The notes: generated by a model from the sequence alone, not told the origin. A DNA stretch of 35,743 nt from Desulfobacterales bacterium (GCA_030601485.1 JAUVTO010000003.1:1-35743), one strand, 5' to 3'; counted from the stretch's first letter, positions 22,341 through 32,084 are shown. Translations and numbers: made by a program.

Positions 22341-22994
22341 TTAAAATCCCAGGTCTTCATTGATCAAAATAACCTTCACCCTTCCTTTGGGAAATGATTT
22401 TTCGGTAATCGTCCAAGTATTACAGATACGGTCAGGACTTTTGCATTCTTCGCAATATGAGGTTTTGGCGCACGGTGTTTTTTTGTCCAGACGCATGGTG
22501 TTGACCGGAGCGGCATAGTTTTTAATACGGAACATGGCCGCATCCAGGTCAGGGACAATTTTATTGCGGCCTGCAAGGATAATAACATGTTTCGGGCCGA
22601 AAGTGATCCCTCCGATACGGTTGCCGATCATATCAAGGTTAACAAGCTGACCGGTCTCGGTCACCGCGTTACTTCCGGTAATAAAAAGATCCACCAGCAG
22701 TGACTGCCGGCGACGCTCCAGACTTTCTTCGGGAGACAGCTTTTTTTCAAAAGTGTCCAGCACGGTTAAATCACTCCTTTTCTTCAAAGCATCATATAGC
22801 CCCGTAGCAGTGAATGTTATGGATCCTCCCCATGAAATGCTTCTGGGCGCAGTCTCGGGTATAATTTTTTCCAATACAATCTTTTTGGCTTCATCGGTAT
22901 TTTCCGCCACAAAGGCTTGGAAGTTGTTTGAATCCAAAGTGTTCTTAAGATCCGTCAATCTTGTTTTCCAAAAGGTATCAATCGGTTTGTCCAT
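22341..22994 (-). CDS. LUD-domain (lactate utilization/DUF1121-type) protein
   Basis: SWGGSIT, DLFITGSNAVT, GQLVNLDMIGNR, GRNKIV, TPCAKTSYCEECKSPDRICN. Confidence 0.85.
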   Translation of the reverse strand: MDKPIDTFWKTRLTDLKNTLDSNNFQAFVAENTDEAKKIVLEKIIPETAPRSISWGGSITFTATGLYDALKKRSDLTVLDTFEKKLSPEESLERRRQSLLVDLFITGSNAVTETGQLVNLDMIGNRIGGITFGPKHVIILAGRNKIVPDLDAAMFRIKNYAAPVNTMRLDKKTPCAKTSYCEECKSPDRICNTWTITEKSFPKGRVKVILINEDLGF

Positions 22995-23072
22995 AATATC
23001 CTCCTCTCTAATAATTTATCGTAAATTAAAAAGTTGCTCAGGACAAAAAGGAAGTTGAGCATTAACAACCAG

Positions 23073-24701
23073 TTATAACTTTAGCAGAATCTGATTTCTG
23101 ACAGACCGGGATTCTCCGGCAGATATCACCCGGATGGCGGGGTTTCCTTTTACCGGACACTTATATTCACAGATACCGCACCCCACACAGCTTTCCAGAT
23201 CTACATAAGGCAGTTTTACACTGACCTCTTTCCCATCCGGTGACCGGATCGTCTCTTGTCTTAGACGTATGGCCTTGGGCGAAGTGGGACAGAGTTCTTC
23301 ACAAACGATGCAGGAACCGTTTCCCGACCACGGGAGACATCGTCCCCGGTCTATATGGGCCGACCCTATCCTGACGGGAGTTTCGATTTTCTCTTTGCCT
23401 GATAATTTACGGATAGCCCCTGTCGGACAAACCCCACTGCAAAGTGTGCAGGTATATTCACAATAGCCCTGGATCATAATGAGATTCGGCGTCCAGAACC
23501 CGGCCATTCCCGCTTCTGTAAGTGCAGGGTTGATTGCGTTTGTTGGACAAACCTTCATGCAGAGTCCGCACCGCTGGCAGAGCTTTAAAAAATCCTTTTC
23601 GGGCAATGAACCCGGGGGTCTGATCAGACGTGCATCAGACACCTTGTGCAACCTGCCGTCCAACCGTCCTAAAAGGGGAAAGGATAGGCCGGCCAATAAA
23701 CCACCCAGCACCGCCCGGCGACCCATATCAGGTTTTTTACTAACCTCCGGCGGCCATCCCAATTTAAAAACAATGGCATTTTCAGGACAAGCGTTAAAAC
23801 AATTAAAGCAGAATATACATTCCGAGGCTTCCCATTCCTGGCCAGGAACAGGAGAGGCTGCTCCCTGGCATGATTGAAGACACAAATTGCAATCAGTGCA
23901 TTTCTCAGAATGTTTTTCAAGTCTCAGTATGCTGAACCTTGCAAAGACTCCAAGAAGCGCACCCAGAGGACATAGGGTGCGGCACCAGAAACGCGGACGG
24001 ATACGGTTGAGAAACAAAATAAATAGAAAAAGAATGCCAATGAACCACGCAGATTTGAAGGCTTTATATCCATACCCGAAAACCGGTGATACGAAAACCT
24101 CCCCGCCGTAGCTTATATAATTCAAGATTTTTATATCGCTTTGCGCAGCCAGATTCAACAATTCTTTAATTCCGGTTCCGATCCCGGGAAAAACAGCAAG
24201 GGACAGAGAACGGAAGAAAAAAGCCATGGGGTCTAGCAGTCCGGTGAGATTCAGACCCAGCAACGCAGCCATAAGAAACAGGATAAGCAAAAAATATTTG
24301 AATCTCTGACTGGCGTGTTTTTGGTTAGCATGGATCATATTCTGTTTTTTCAGGGCCGGTCTGATATAACTCACCATATGATGTAGGGTGCCCAAAGGAC
24401 AGATAAAGCCACAGAAAATCTTGCCGAAGAAAAAAGTCAGGACAACAATCCCGAAAGCCCACCCAAAGCCTTTGATCCACTGGTGCCCTGATATGAGAGA
24501 TGTAACCCATATGAGGGGATCAAGCTGAAAAAAATATGTGACTGGATAATCCAGCTCCATGTCCTGTTCAACGTTCAGAGCTATGGAATAATCCAGATAA
24601 ATGTCCTGGGGCAGGCGGCTTTCAATTAGGAGAAAAATGAAAAGAATTAAAAAAAAGGTCTGGCTCATGCGTCGTATCCAGACCAGATGGTTTGCTTTCA
24701 A
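23073..24701 (-). CDS. Membrane polyferredoxin (NapH/MauN-type membrane domain fused to NapG/MauM-type 4Fe-4S domain)
   Basis: FCGFICPLG and FWCRTLCPLG motifs, TM helices, multiple CxxCxxCxxxCP, internal RR segment then IRPPG. Confidence 0.88.
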   Translation of the reverse strand: MKANHLVWIRRMSQTFFLILFIFLLIESRLPQDIYLDYSIALNVEQDMELDYPVTYFFQLDPLIWVTSLISGHQWIKGFGWAFGIVVLTFFFGKIFCGFICPLGTLHHMVSYIRPALKKQNMIHANQKHASQRFKYFLLILFLMAALLGLNLTGLLDPMAFFFRSLSLAVFPGIGTGIKELLNLAAQSDIKILNYISYGGEVFVSPVFGYGYKAFKSAWFIGILFLFILFLNRIRPRFWCRTLCPLGALLGVFARFSILRLEKHSEKCTDCNLCLQSCQGAASPVPGQEWEASECIFCFNCFNACPENAIVFKLGWPPEVSKKPDMGRRAVLGGLLAGLSFPLLGRLDGRLHKVSDARLIRPPGSLPEKDFLKLCQRCGLCMKVCPTNAINPALTEAGMAGFWTPNLIMIQGYCEYTCTLCSGVCPTGAIRKLSGKEKIETPVRIGSAHIDRGRCLPWSGNGSCIVCEELCPTSPKAIRLRQETIRSPDGKEVSVKLPYVDLESCVGCGICEYKCPVKGNPAIRVISAGESRSVRNQILLKL

Positions 24702-25645
24702 ATGATTACCTTGTTCTCACGGAGTTTCTGAAATTCAGTTGTGCCAAGTCCCCATTTTTCCCCGAGGCCAATGAAACCGATGTCCCGGGGCCGAAAATTA
24801 AAAAGACCTGCGGCTTTGGCATCTGCGGCAACAGGATCATCACTCAATATAAGGCGATTTAAGACCACCACATCCGAACGGCTTCCGCCCGAGGGACCAT
24901 TAGCGACCATGATCCGGGTGGCATCTATGAGAGTGACCGTGGGATTGAAAAATTGAGCCAGATCTACGATGGTTAGATGGATATCCTGATGCAGGGCACT
25001 TCTCCTGCCGCCCACGGCTCCAATCCAGTTTTTCATGCCAAGGGTCAGACCGCTAAGGCTATGGACCTTGGCAACCGGTAGATTGATGACTTTGTCGGCC
25101 TCAACCAGCGGCAAGAAAACCGGCCAGACATCCAGACGGTGTCCCCGTAATTTCATGTTCCGCATCAATGAGGACCGGGGATAGACCAGATCCGCTCCGG
25201 TTTTTTTCGCCACCATCCCGGCACCTGTGATGGCAAAACAGCGTCTGGCGTCATGGATGGTATGATCGGCGATTCTGACTTTTTTGGCTCCGGCCTCCTG
25301 GCAAAGTTCAACAACCGCTTCCAGAACTTCCGGATTGGTGGTTGCCGCAAGGTCTGGGAGCCTTGCCCAGGAGATATTCGGTTTGATCACCACCACATCC
25401 TGTTTTGAAACAAATTTCTGTATTCCCCCGGCTGCCTCAAAAACCTTTCTGGCTAATGCCTTAACAGAATATTGATGATTCTGGCCGATCCCCTCTATAA
25501 TAAATTTTTTATTGGTTGATCCGGCCCAGGCCGAAATCGTTTTTTGAAGTGGCCATGTCACTACACCGGTCAGCGCAAGGCCTCCGGATATTTTAAGAAG
25601 CTTTTTTATCGATTGTCTGCGGGTAATGGGATGATAATTCATCAT
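24698..25645 (-). CDS. DUF362 family protein with probable Tat signal
   Basis: ITRRQSIK + hydrophobic stretch + AWA; VVIKPN, TTNPEV, NLPVAKVH, TLGMKNWIG, DPVAAD. Confidence 0.85.
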   Translation of the reverse strand: MMNYHPITRRQSIKKLLKISGGLALTGVVTWPLQKTISAWAGSTNKKFIIEGIGQNHQYSVKALARKVFEAAGGIQKFVSKQDVVVIKPNISWARLPDLAATTNPEVLEAVVELCQEAGAKKVRIADHTIHDARRCFAITGAGMVAKKTGADLVYPRSSLMRNMKLRGHRLDVWPVFLPLVEADKVINLPVAKVHSLSGLTLGMKNWIGAVGGRRSALHQDIHLTIVDLAQFFNPTVTLIDATRIMVANGPSGGSRSDVVVLNRLILSDDPVAADAKAAGLFNFRPRDIGFIGLGEKWGLGTTEFQKLRENKVII

Positions 25646-25655
25646 CAGCTCCTCA

Positions 25656-26651
25656 TCAAACAGTACCTATTATTATTCCCGAATCATTGGGTGAGTCAAA
25701 AAAAATGCGTCGGATTTTCCTGACCCCGGCATCAGAAAGCATGTCTCGGATCTGCTTTTCAGAATAGGATTGTCCTGACGGCGTTACCAAGAGCATATTC
25801 AGGGAAAACAGAGCCGGGAAAAGAGGGCCGTCCATACTGTCGTTTAAAATAAAATCGTGGATCAGGATCATGCCTCCAGGTTCCAGAGCAGAAACAGCCT
25901 TTCCGATAATTTTACAGCAGTCCTCGGGGCCTTCACCGTGGAGAATATGAGACAACCAGGCAACGTCATAGATCCCTTCAATCTCTTCTTCTAAGTAATC
26001 CACATTCTTGAAATCGATCCGGTCTTGCAAATTAAATTTAGCAATAGTTTTTTCGGCAAAGGGACGAGTGGTGGGCATGTCATAAACAGTTGCTTTGAGC
26101 CGGGGATTGTTCATACAAAAATGGATGGCATAAGTCCCGGGGCCACCACCCAGATCGAGTAAACGCCGCCGACCGGAAAGATCTATTTTAGTCACCAGCA
26201 CCGGAGCGAGATTCATCGCTAAATTGAACATACCCATAAGAAAATTTTCTCGTTGCTCTTCATCCGTATGAGTTACTCTATGCCTTACCGAACGGCCGGA
26301 TTGAACCGCCACATTCAGTCGGCTCCAGGACTCTATCAAATTGTGATGGTGAAGAATGATGTGCCCCATATATCGGGAAGAGTCCTTGCAAAGAAAAGTT
26401 AAACTCAACGGTGTATTGGAATAAATATCTTCTGTTTTCACCAGAAGGTCCATGGCAGAAAGGGCATTGAGAAGCATTTTAACGCCTCTTTTGTCGCCGT
26501 CGAGTGTGTCGGCCACATCTTCTCCCTTAAGATGATCCTTGCCTATGATTGTAAAAACATCGAGCTTAACTCCTGCATGAAGCGTACAAGTTTCCCAATA
26601 ACTGCCTGATAATTCTAATATCTTTTCCGGATTCAGTTCTTCTAAGGTCAT
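25656..26651 (-). CDS. SAM-dependent methyltransferase (O-methyltransferase family 2 with N-terminal dimerisation domain)
   Basis: LHAGVKLDVF dimerisation region, LLDLGGGPG motif I, LSHILH, ALEPGG. Confidence 0.9.
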   Translation of the reverse strand: MTLEELNPEKILELSGSYWETCTLHAGVKLDVFTIIGKDHLKGEDVADTLDGDKRGVKMLLNALSAMDLLVKTEDIYSNTPLSLTFLCKDSSRYMGHIILHHHNLIESWSRLNVAVQSGRSVRHRVTHTDEEQRENFLMGMFNLAMNLAPVLVTKIDLSGRRRLLDLGGGPGTYAIHFCMNNPRLKATVYDMPTTRPFAEKTIAKFNLQDRIDFKNVDYLEEEIEGIYDVAWLSHILHGEGPEDCCKIIGKAVSALEPGGMILIHDFILNDSMDGPLFPALFSLNMLLVTPSGQSYSEKQIRDMLSDAGVRKIRRIFFDSPNDSGIIIGTV

Positions 26652-26947
26652 AATATTTTATCTTTTCTGTGATATTGAAGATATGATCTATGTTAATCCT
26701 AACAAAGTTATAATAATTTTTCAACCGGTATCACCTAACCCGCCGTCGTTCTTCACTTTTGTATCATTTGAACGTTACAAAACAAGGAGCCAAACAAGCA
26801 TTTGGGTGATCCGGTTTTTAAGCGGGTCAATATCTGATACCATTTTTTAAATTTTTTAAAAATTTCTAAGAAAAACACTTTACATTTTTCATTCATGATT
26901 TATTGTCAAAAATCGCCATATTCAAAACCCGTATTTCAGGAGATACC

Positions 26948-27247
26948 ATGACGAACCAAATGAAAATTCCGGACGATTTGCAATGGGCTTTTCAGCGCTT
27001 GATTGATCACCTTCCCGACCCACTGAAAGATGATGACCACACAAAACAAGTTATTTTAACTTACTTAAAATTTGAGGATGAAAAATTGGCTCGACATCGT
27101 ATTGAGATCATCAAAACACATTTTCGCGAAAAAACTGTTAAAGAATCATCTGAAATCCAGACGTTGTTGGATCTTCACACTGACGGGAGTGATATGTCCG
27201 AATCCGATCTGTCTGAAGGTGATAGCTCAGAATTCCCAACTGATTAA
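26948..27247 (+). CDS. Hypothetical protein (99 aa, acidic Ser/Asp-rich tail)
   Basis: AGGAG RBS before ATG 26948; no family recognised. Confidence 0.6.
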   Translation: MTNQMKIPDDLQWAFQRLIDHLPDPLKDDDHTKQVILTYLKFEDEKLARHRIEIIKTHFREKTVKESSEIQTLLDLHTDGSDMSESDLSEGDSSEFPTD

Positions 27248-27268
27248 CTCAATCGATTGATTTTATAG

Positions 27269-27547
27269 AATTCTTGTGCAGTTGACGCTCTGCAGGTACT
27301 GCTGGGCACCTAAACAGGTAAAGGCAACCTTATTCTCAAAGATTACGGAAAAAACGCATATATAATACTCAACCGCTCGCACAAAAAGGCCTTCCGGTTT
27401 TCCCGCAAAAAACAGTATCGATATGGCGGTGAACTCGGAGAAGAATTCAGCCGGCTTGATGATGCCATTTCGTCAAATACGGCAAGCCAGAAGGAAAAAT
27501 GGCGCCACAAGATGCTCAAAGCAAAAGATCTTCTTTCAAAACCATAA
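27269..27547 (+). pseudogene. FmdE-family gene remnant
   Basis: Frame reads [30 protein letters not shown]...; matches the FmdE core motif (C..DA.Q...G.T.GKGNL...D.GK); in-frame TAA at 27311-27313; no start codon. Confidence 0.75.
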
Positions 27548-27579
27548 AAAAAGGGCAACACCGTAACTGTGTTGCCCTT
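27546..27579 (-). terminator. Intrinsic terminator downstream of the HesB selenoprotein gene
   Basis: AAGGGCAACAC / GTGTTGCCCTT stem with an A-run on + (U-run on -). Confidence 0.8.
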
Positions 27580-27602
27580 GGTTAAAAACGGAATCTGTAT
27601 GA

Positions 27603-27917
27603 TTAACAACAGGAACTTGTTTTTGTTCCGCAGCTTGAACATCCTGATTCGAAAGCTATGCCGCAGTCTAATTTAAAACCCATTCCGGAGAAATCTATCT
27701 TAATCGGATTTGTTTTTTCCATAAACTCTTTATCGACAATATATTTGAAACCGTCAATGTCAAAAACGTGGTCTGTATCTTTAGGCTCATCCAGAGCCAT
27801 AGCGAGCGACGGACCGCCTCATCCTCCCGCATTTAAAAAGATCCGTATCGGTGAAACTTCTTTGCCTTTGAAATACTCGGCAATCTGTTCTGTTGCTGAT
27901 TTGGTAACTTCAACCAT
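27603..27917 (-). CDS. HesB/IscA-family selenoprotein (104 aa, Sec at codon 33)
   Basis: AAAGGAG RBS and ATG 27917; MVEVTKSATEQI...PIRIFLNAGG-TGA(27821-27819)-GGPSLAMALDEP...; TGA at the conserved GG-C-xG position; SECIS-like hairpin follows. Confidence 0.9.
27785..27807 (-). promoter_or_regulatory. Putative bacterial SECIS element
   Basis: Starts 11 nt after the UGA: GCUCGCUA-[UGGCUC]-UGG(A)UGAGC, with G at loop position 2. Confidence 0.6.
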
Positions 27918-27977
27918 AATAATCTCCTTTTGAAAAAAATATACCCACCTTATTTAAATAAGCATGAAATTCACCAT

Positions 27978-28006
27978 AACATAGTTCCGGCATTAAGTTT
28001 TGTCAA
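27978..28006 (-). promoter_or_regulatory. Putative sigma70 promoter of the HesB selenoprotein gene
   Basis: TTGACA (28006-28001)-17 nt-TATGTT (27983-27978). Confidence 0.55.
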
Positions 28007-28070
28007 TGGAAGGTACCAAAAACTCATAACTCAGGCCTAAAACACAATAAATTCAACTTTGTATAAACTG

Positions 28071-28565
28071 TCATAGGTCATAAAGTGTTTCATCCCTTAA
28101 CGGCTCTTTACGTTTTGTTTTGATGCTTTTTCCCTTTTTCGCCTGTAGAGAAAACGGGTCTTCCTCTTCCAGAATATCACCCAATTCAGCCTCTACCTGT
28201 CCAGGATCTTCACCTTTTTCCATCCTTCTCAACGCTTCATCCATACCGTCACCGAGTTTAAGGCCCGTCATATCAGAAAGTTTGCGCATAAGATTGGCAG
28301 CCTGCTTGGGATCGTTCTCATTCATTTTATCAGCTTCACCCGCTATCATCTGCATGGCCTGTTCCATTCTGCTGCTGTCAAATGGCAGGTCATCCATATC
28401 GCCGTCTTCCTTTGCTCGTCCGGTAAATGCCACCACAGAAATCTGTCTGGTAAGTGTCCTTATTTTACATTTCGGACACTTGGGCTTTTTGGTCGTATTA
28501 ATGGTTTTGGAAAAAAAATTAAAAAGAGTATTACAGTCCCTGCAATAAAATTCGTAGATCGGCAT
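28071..28565 (-). CDS. FmdB-family zinc-ribbon protein with C-terminal helical extension
   Basis: MPIYEFYCRDC...CPKC...LTRQIS signature. Confidence 0.88.
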   Translation of the reverse strand: MPIYEFYCRDCNTLFNFFSKTINTTKKPKCPKCKIRTLTRQISVVAFTGRAKEDGDMDDLPFDSSRMEQAMQMIAGEADKMNENDPKQAANLMRKLSDMTGLKLGDGMDEALRRMEKGEDPGQVEAELGDILEEEDPFSLQAKKGKSIKTKRKEPLRDETLYDL

Positions 28566-28654
28566 GTGTTACACCTCTTTTGATATCACGTTAGCTTTTT
28601 GAAAATTTTATAGACCGCTCGTTTGTATCCGGCTTTTTTCAAAGAACTAAACGG

Positions 28655-30367
28655 TTACCTCTTTTTTTGCTTTTTCTGCTGTGCTTTCTGTATTCTGGCC
28701 CATGTATCCCGTAACGTTACCGTACGGTTGAATACCAGGGCTTGGTCCGAAGAATCCACGGAATCCACGCAGAAATAACCGAGTCTCTCAAACTGGTACC
28801 TGCTACCCGGCGCCGCACCGGAGAGACTGGGTTCGACAAAAAAAGGACGTATCTCCAGAGAATTCGGATTTAAATATGTTTTAAAATTAACATCCTTTTC
28901 CTCATCCGGATTTTCTTTTATAAAGAGATGATCGTAAAGGCGCGTTTCGGCTTTGATCGCGTGGGCCGTAGAAACCCAATGTAAGGTCGCTTTGACCTTC
29001 CGTCCATCCGGGGATGATCCGCCGCGTGTATCCGGATCATAGGTGCAATGCAGTTCGACCACCTGGCCGGTTTTTTCATCCTTAACAACTCTCACACATC
29101 TAATATAATACGCATATCGCAATCGCACCTCACGCCCGGGCGCCAAACGGAAAAACTTTTTCGGCGGGTCCTCTAAAAAGTCGTCCTGTTCGATGTAAAT
29201 CACGCACGAAAAAGGAATCTTGCGTGTGCCCATAGACGGATCTTCAGGGTTGTTCAAGGCTTCCAATTCTTCAACTTTATTTTCGGGATAGTTGTCTATG
29301 ACCACCTTGAGTGGACGCAACACACCCATTACGCGCTGTGCCCGTTTATTCAAATCTTCTCTGATGCTGTATTCGAGCAATGCAATATCAACAATACTGT
29401 CCCGTCGGGCGACTCCGATTCGGTGACAAAAATTGCGGATCGATTCCGATGTATAGCCGCGTCTCCTCAGACCGCTTATGGTCGGCATTCGAGGATCGTC
29501 CCATCCTGAGACATTCCCCACGTCTACCAATTCCACAAGTTTGCGCTTACTTAATACCGTATAGCTGAGATTGAGACGTGCAAACTCGATTTGCTGGGGA
29601 TGGCAATCCACGTTCAGTTGGTCCAGTATCCAGTCGTAGAGTTGGCGATTAATTTCAAATTCAAGGGTGCAAAGAGAATGGGTAATTCCTTCGATGGAAT
29701 CCGAAAGGCAATGGGCAAAGTCGTACATCGGATAAATGCACCACTTGTCACCTGTCCTGTGATGGGGTATCCGTCGAATACGATAAAGCGTGGGATCACG
29801 CATCAGCACATTCGGCGATGCCATATCAATCTTGGCTCGGAGGACGTGGGAACCGTCCTCAAATTCTCCGGCCCGCATACGCTCGAACAGGTCCTGGTTT
29901 TCTCTCACCGAGCGGGTTCGACAGGGACTTTCCTTTCCCGGTGTTGTCAGGGTGCCTCGGCTCTCCCTGATCTCATCAGCGCTCAAACTGCACACATAAG
30001 CCTTGCCGGCTTTGATCAACTGAACGGCATATTGATAAAGCTGTTCAAAGTAATCCGATGCATAGAACAGCCGGTCATTCCAATCGAATCCAAGCCATCG
30101 GACGTCTTCTATTATGGATTCAACATATTCAATATCCTCTTTTCCGGGATTGGTATCATCGAATCGCAAATTGCAAATACCCCCTTTATTTTCTGTGGCA
30201 ATACCGAAGTTAAGACAAATGGATTTGGCATGTCCGATATGCAGATATCCGTTCGGCTCCGGGGGAAAGCGGGTGACAACCCGGCCGTTATTTTTGTTGT
30301 CTTTTAAATCCTGCGCGACAATGTTCCGGATAAAATTAGAAGCCGGAGTGAATTCGGTTTTTGTCAT
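28655..30367 (-). CDS. glnS: Glutamine--tRNA ligase
   Basis: [45 protein letters not shown]; ATG 30367 with GGAG RBS. Confidence 0.98.
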   Translation of the reverse strand: MTKTEFTPASNFIRNIVAQDLKDNKNNGRVVTRFPPEPNGYLHIGHAKSICLNFGIATENKGGICNLRFDDTNPGKEDIEYVESIIEDVRWLGFDWNDRLFYASDYFEQLYQYAVQLIKAGKAYVCSLSADEIRESRGTLTTPGKESPCRTRSVRENQDLFERMRAGEFEDGSHVLRAKIDMASPNVLMRDPTLYRIRRIPHHRTGDKWCIYPMYDFAHCLSDSIEGITHSLCTLEFEINRQLYDWILDQLNVDCHPQQIEFARLNLSYTVLSKRKLVELVDVGNVSGWDDPRMPTISGLRRRGYTSESIRNFCHRIGVARRDSIVDIALLEYSIREDLNKRAQRVMGVLRPLKVVIDNYPENKVEELEALNNPEDPSMGTRKIPFSCVIYIEQDDFLEDPPKKFFRLAPGREVRLRYAYYIRCVRVVKDEKTGQVVELHCTYDPDTRGGSSPDGRKVKATLHWVSTAHAIKAETRLYDHLFIKENPDEEKDVNFKTYLNPNSLEIRPFFVEPSLSGAAPGSRYQFERLGYFCVDSVDSSDQALVFNRTVTLRDTWARIQKAQQKKQKKR

Positions 30368-30396
30368 ATTCAAAACTCCATTCTTTAGCTATATTT

Positions 30397-30573
30397 ATGA
30401 GTCTGTTGATTAATGAGGATTTTCGTTCAAGATCAAGCCTCCGGCCCGTAGGTCCTACGCCCCGGAGGGGCATGCGAAAAAAATAACCACAGGCATATAT
30501 TTGATATTCCGAGGATTATTTTTTGAGCACAACGCAGAGATTGTGCGAAAAGACCATTAATCAACAGACTCAT
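30397..30573. mobile_element. MITE-like element (177 bp) with perfect 19-bp terminal IRs and a nested GC hairpin
   Basis: ATGAGTCTGTTGATTAATG (30397-30415) / CATTAATCAACAGACTCAT (30555-30573); abuts the gltX stop codon. Confidence 0.8.
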
Positions 30574-32061
30574 TTATGGTTTATCGAAAAGCGCCGGCGC
30601 CTTGCGCAGCCGATCCACAACACGACGCTGTCCTATGGTAATCAAAATATCAAATATCCCAGGGCCGGCAAGCTGGCCGGTAACAACGGTTCGAACACCG
30701 TTGATCAATACCCCGGGTTTGATTTTTAGCTCCTCAGCCATCTCACGAATTGCGTCCTCGGTTTCTGTGGCTGTAAAGCTTTCCAAAGCACCCAACCGAT
30801 CCGCCAGCTTCGGAAACCATTTTTTGAGATCCGGATGCTTGAGAATATTCTTTTTCACCGCCCTGGATTCAATGGGAAACTCGTCGGAAAAATAGGCCCT
30901 CCCACGGGAAACAAAATCGGTTGTAACATGAAAACGGCTGCGAATCAGTCCAATGGTATCCAGATACCAGCGGCGTTTTGTGCCCTCATACTCAGGATTC
31001 CAGATCCCCGCTTTTTCCAGTTCGGCTGTAACATAAGGCTCGATCTCTTCAACCGGCAGGGTCCTCAGATAATGGGCGTTGATACTTATCGCCTTGGGAT
31101 CGGTAAAATATTTTGGATCATTCGTTCTTACATCGAAGATGGAATTGGCACGATTGATTCCCTGAAGAGAAAATGCTTGAATTAATTCCTCCTTGGTAAA
31201 AATTTCTCTGGATTCGGGCGTGGCCCATCCTAATAGGACCAGAAAGTTTACAAATGCCCACGGTAAAAATCCGTGCTCTTTGTAAAAGCGGACGGCAACC
31301 AGTTCGCCATGCTTTCGTTTTGAGATCTTGGCTTTTTTAGGATCCAGGGTGAGTGACATATGCGCAAATTTCGGCACCGGCGCTCCCAGCGCCTGATAAA
31401 TTAAAATCTGCCGGTGTGTATTTGACAGCCCGTCCTGACCGCGAATTACATGGGTAATCCGGTCACGGATATCATCCACCGTATTTGACAACAGATAAAG
31501 GGGCTGACCATTGGAACGGACAATAACAAAGTCTTCAATGTCTTTGTATTTATGATCGATTCTTCCGTAGACGACGTCTTCAAAAGAGACGGAACCTTTA
31601 CCGTTGGGCACTTTCATGCGAAGGGTGTAAGGAATGCCTTGCTCTTCCTTTATGTAAATTTCAATCCTTGTCAATCGCCGACAGGTGCCGTCATACTTTA
31701 AATCTTTTTTCTGCTTCAATGCCGTCTCTCTTTTGCGGTCGAGTTCCTCTTTCGTACAGAAACACTTGTAGGCATGCCCCGACTCCAGCAGTCTGCGTGC
31801 GGCAGCCAGGTGTTCATTAATAAACTGTGACTGGAAATAGGGGCCCTCATCCCAAATTATCCCCAGCCATTTCAAACTTTCAATAATTCCTTGTATAGAT
31901 TCTTCAGTTGACCGTTCCGCATCCGTATCCTCGATTCTAAGGATAAATTTGCCCCCGGTTTTTTGAGCAAATAGCCAGTTAAAAATCGCTGTGCGGGCGC
32001 CGCCGATATGAAGGTAACCGGTGGGGCTGGGGGCAAAGCGTACAATTACTTCTTGTTTCAT
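30574..32061 (-). CDS. gltX: Glutamate--tRNA ligase
   Basis: RFAPSPTGYLHIGG, LRIEDTD, CFC..YDGTC zinc region, KISKR, anticodon-binding domain present. Confidence 0.95.
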   Translation of the reverse strand: MKQEVIVRFAPSPTGYLHIGGARTAIFNWLFAQKTGGKFILRIEDTDAERSTEESIQGIIESLKWLGIIWDEGPYFQSQFINEHLAAARRLLESGHAYKCFCTKEELDRKRETALKQKKDLKYDGTCRRLTRIEIYIKEEQGIPYTLRMKVPNGKGSVSFEDVVYGRIDHKYKDIEDFVIVRSNGQPLYLLSNTVDDIRDRITHVIRGQDGLSNTHRQILIYQALGAPVPKFAHMSLTLDPKKAKISKRKHGELVAVRFYKEHGFLPWAFVNFLVLLGWATPESREIFTKEELIQAFSLQGINRANSIFDVRTNDPKYFTDPKAISINAHYLRTLPVEEIEPYVTAELEKAGIWNPEYEGTKRRWYLDTIGLIRSRFHVTTDFVSRGRAYFSDEFPIESRAVKKNILKHPDLKKWFPKLADRLGALESFTATETEDAIREMAEELKIKPGVLINGVRTVVTGQLAGPGIFDILITIGQRRVVDRLRKAPALFDKP

Positions 32062-32084
32062 ATGCAGTTATCCTTTTGTAAGCA

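Noticed and set aside
25653-25658. TGA stops of the methyltransferase and other genes as further Sec codons
   Set aside because: Tandem TGA TGA at a natural C-terminus, no Cys-equivalent context, and the next gene starts immediately
27343-27642. 99-aa minus-strand ORF
   Set aside because: Crosses a terminator and lies antisense to the FmdE remnant; no motif
27603-27800. 65-aa ORF as called in the track
   Set aside because: It is only the part downstream of the Sec codon; the true start is 27917
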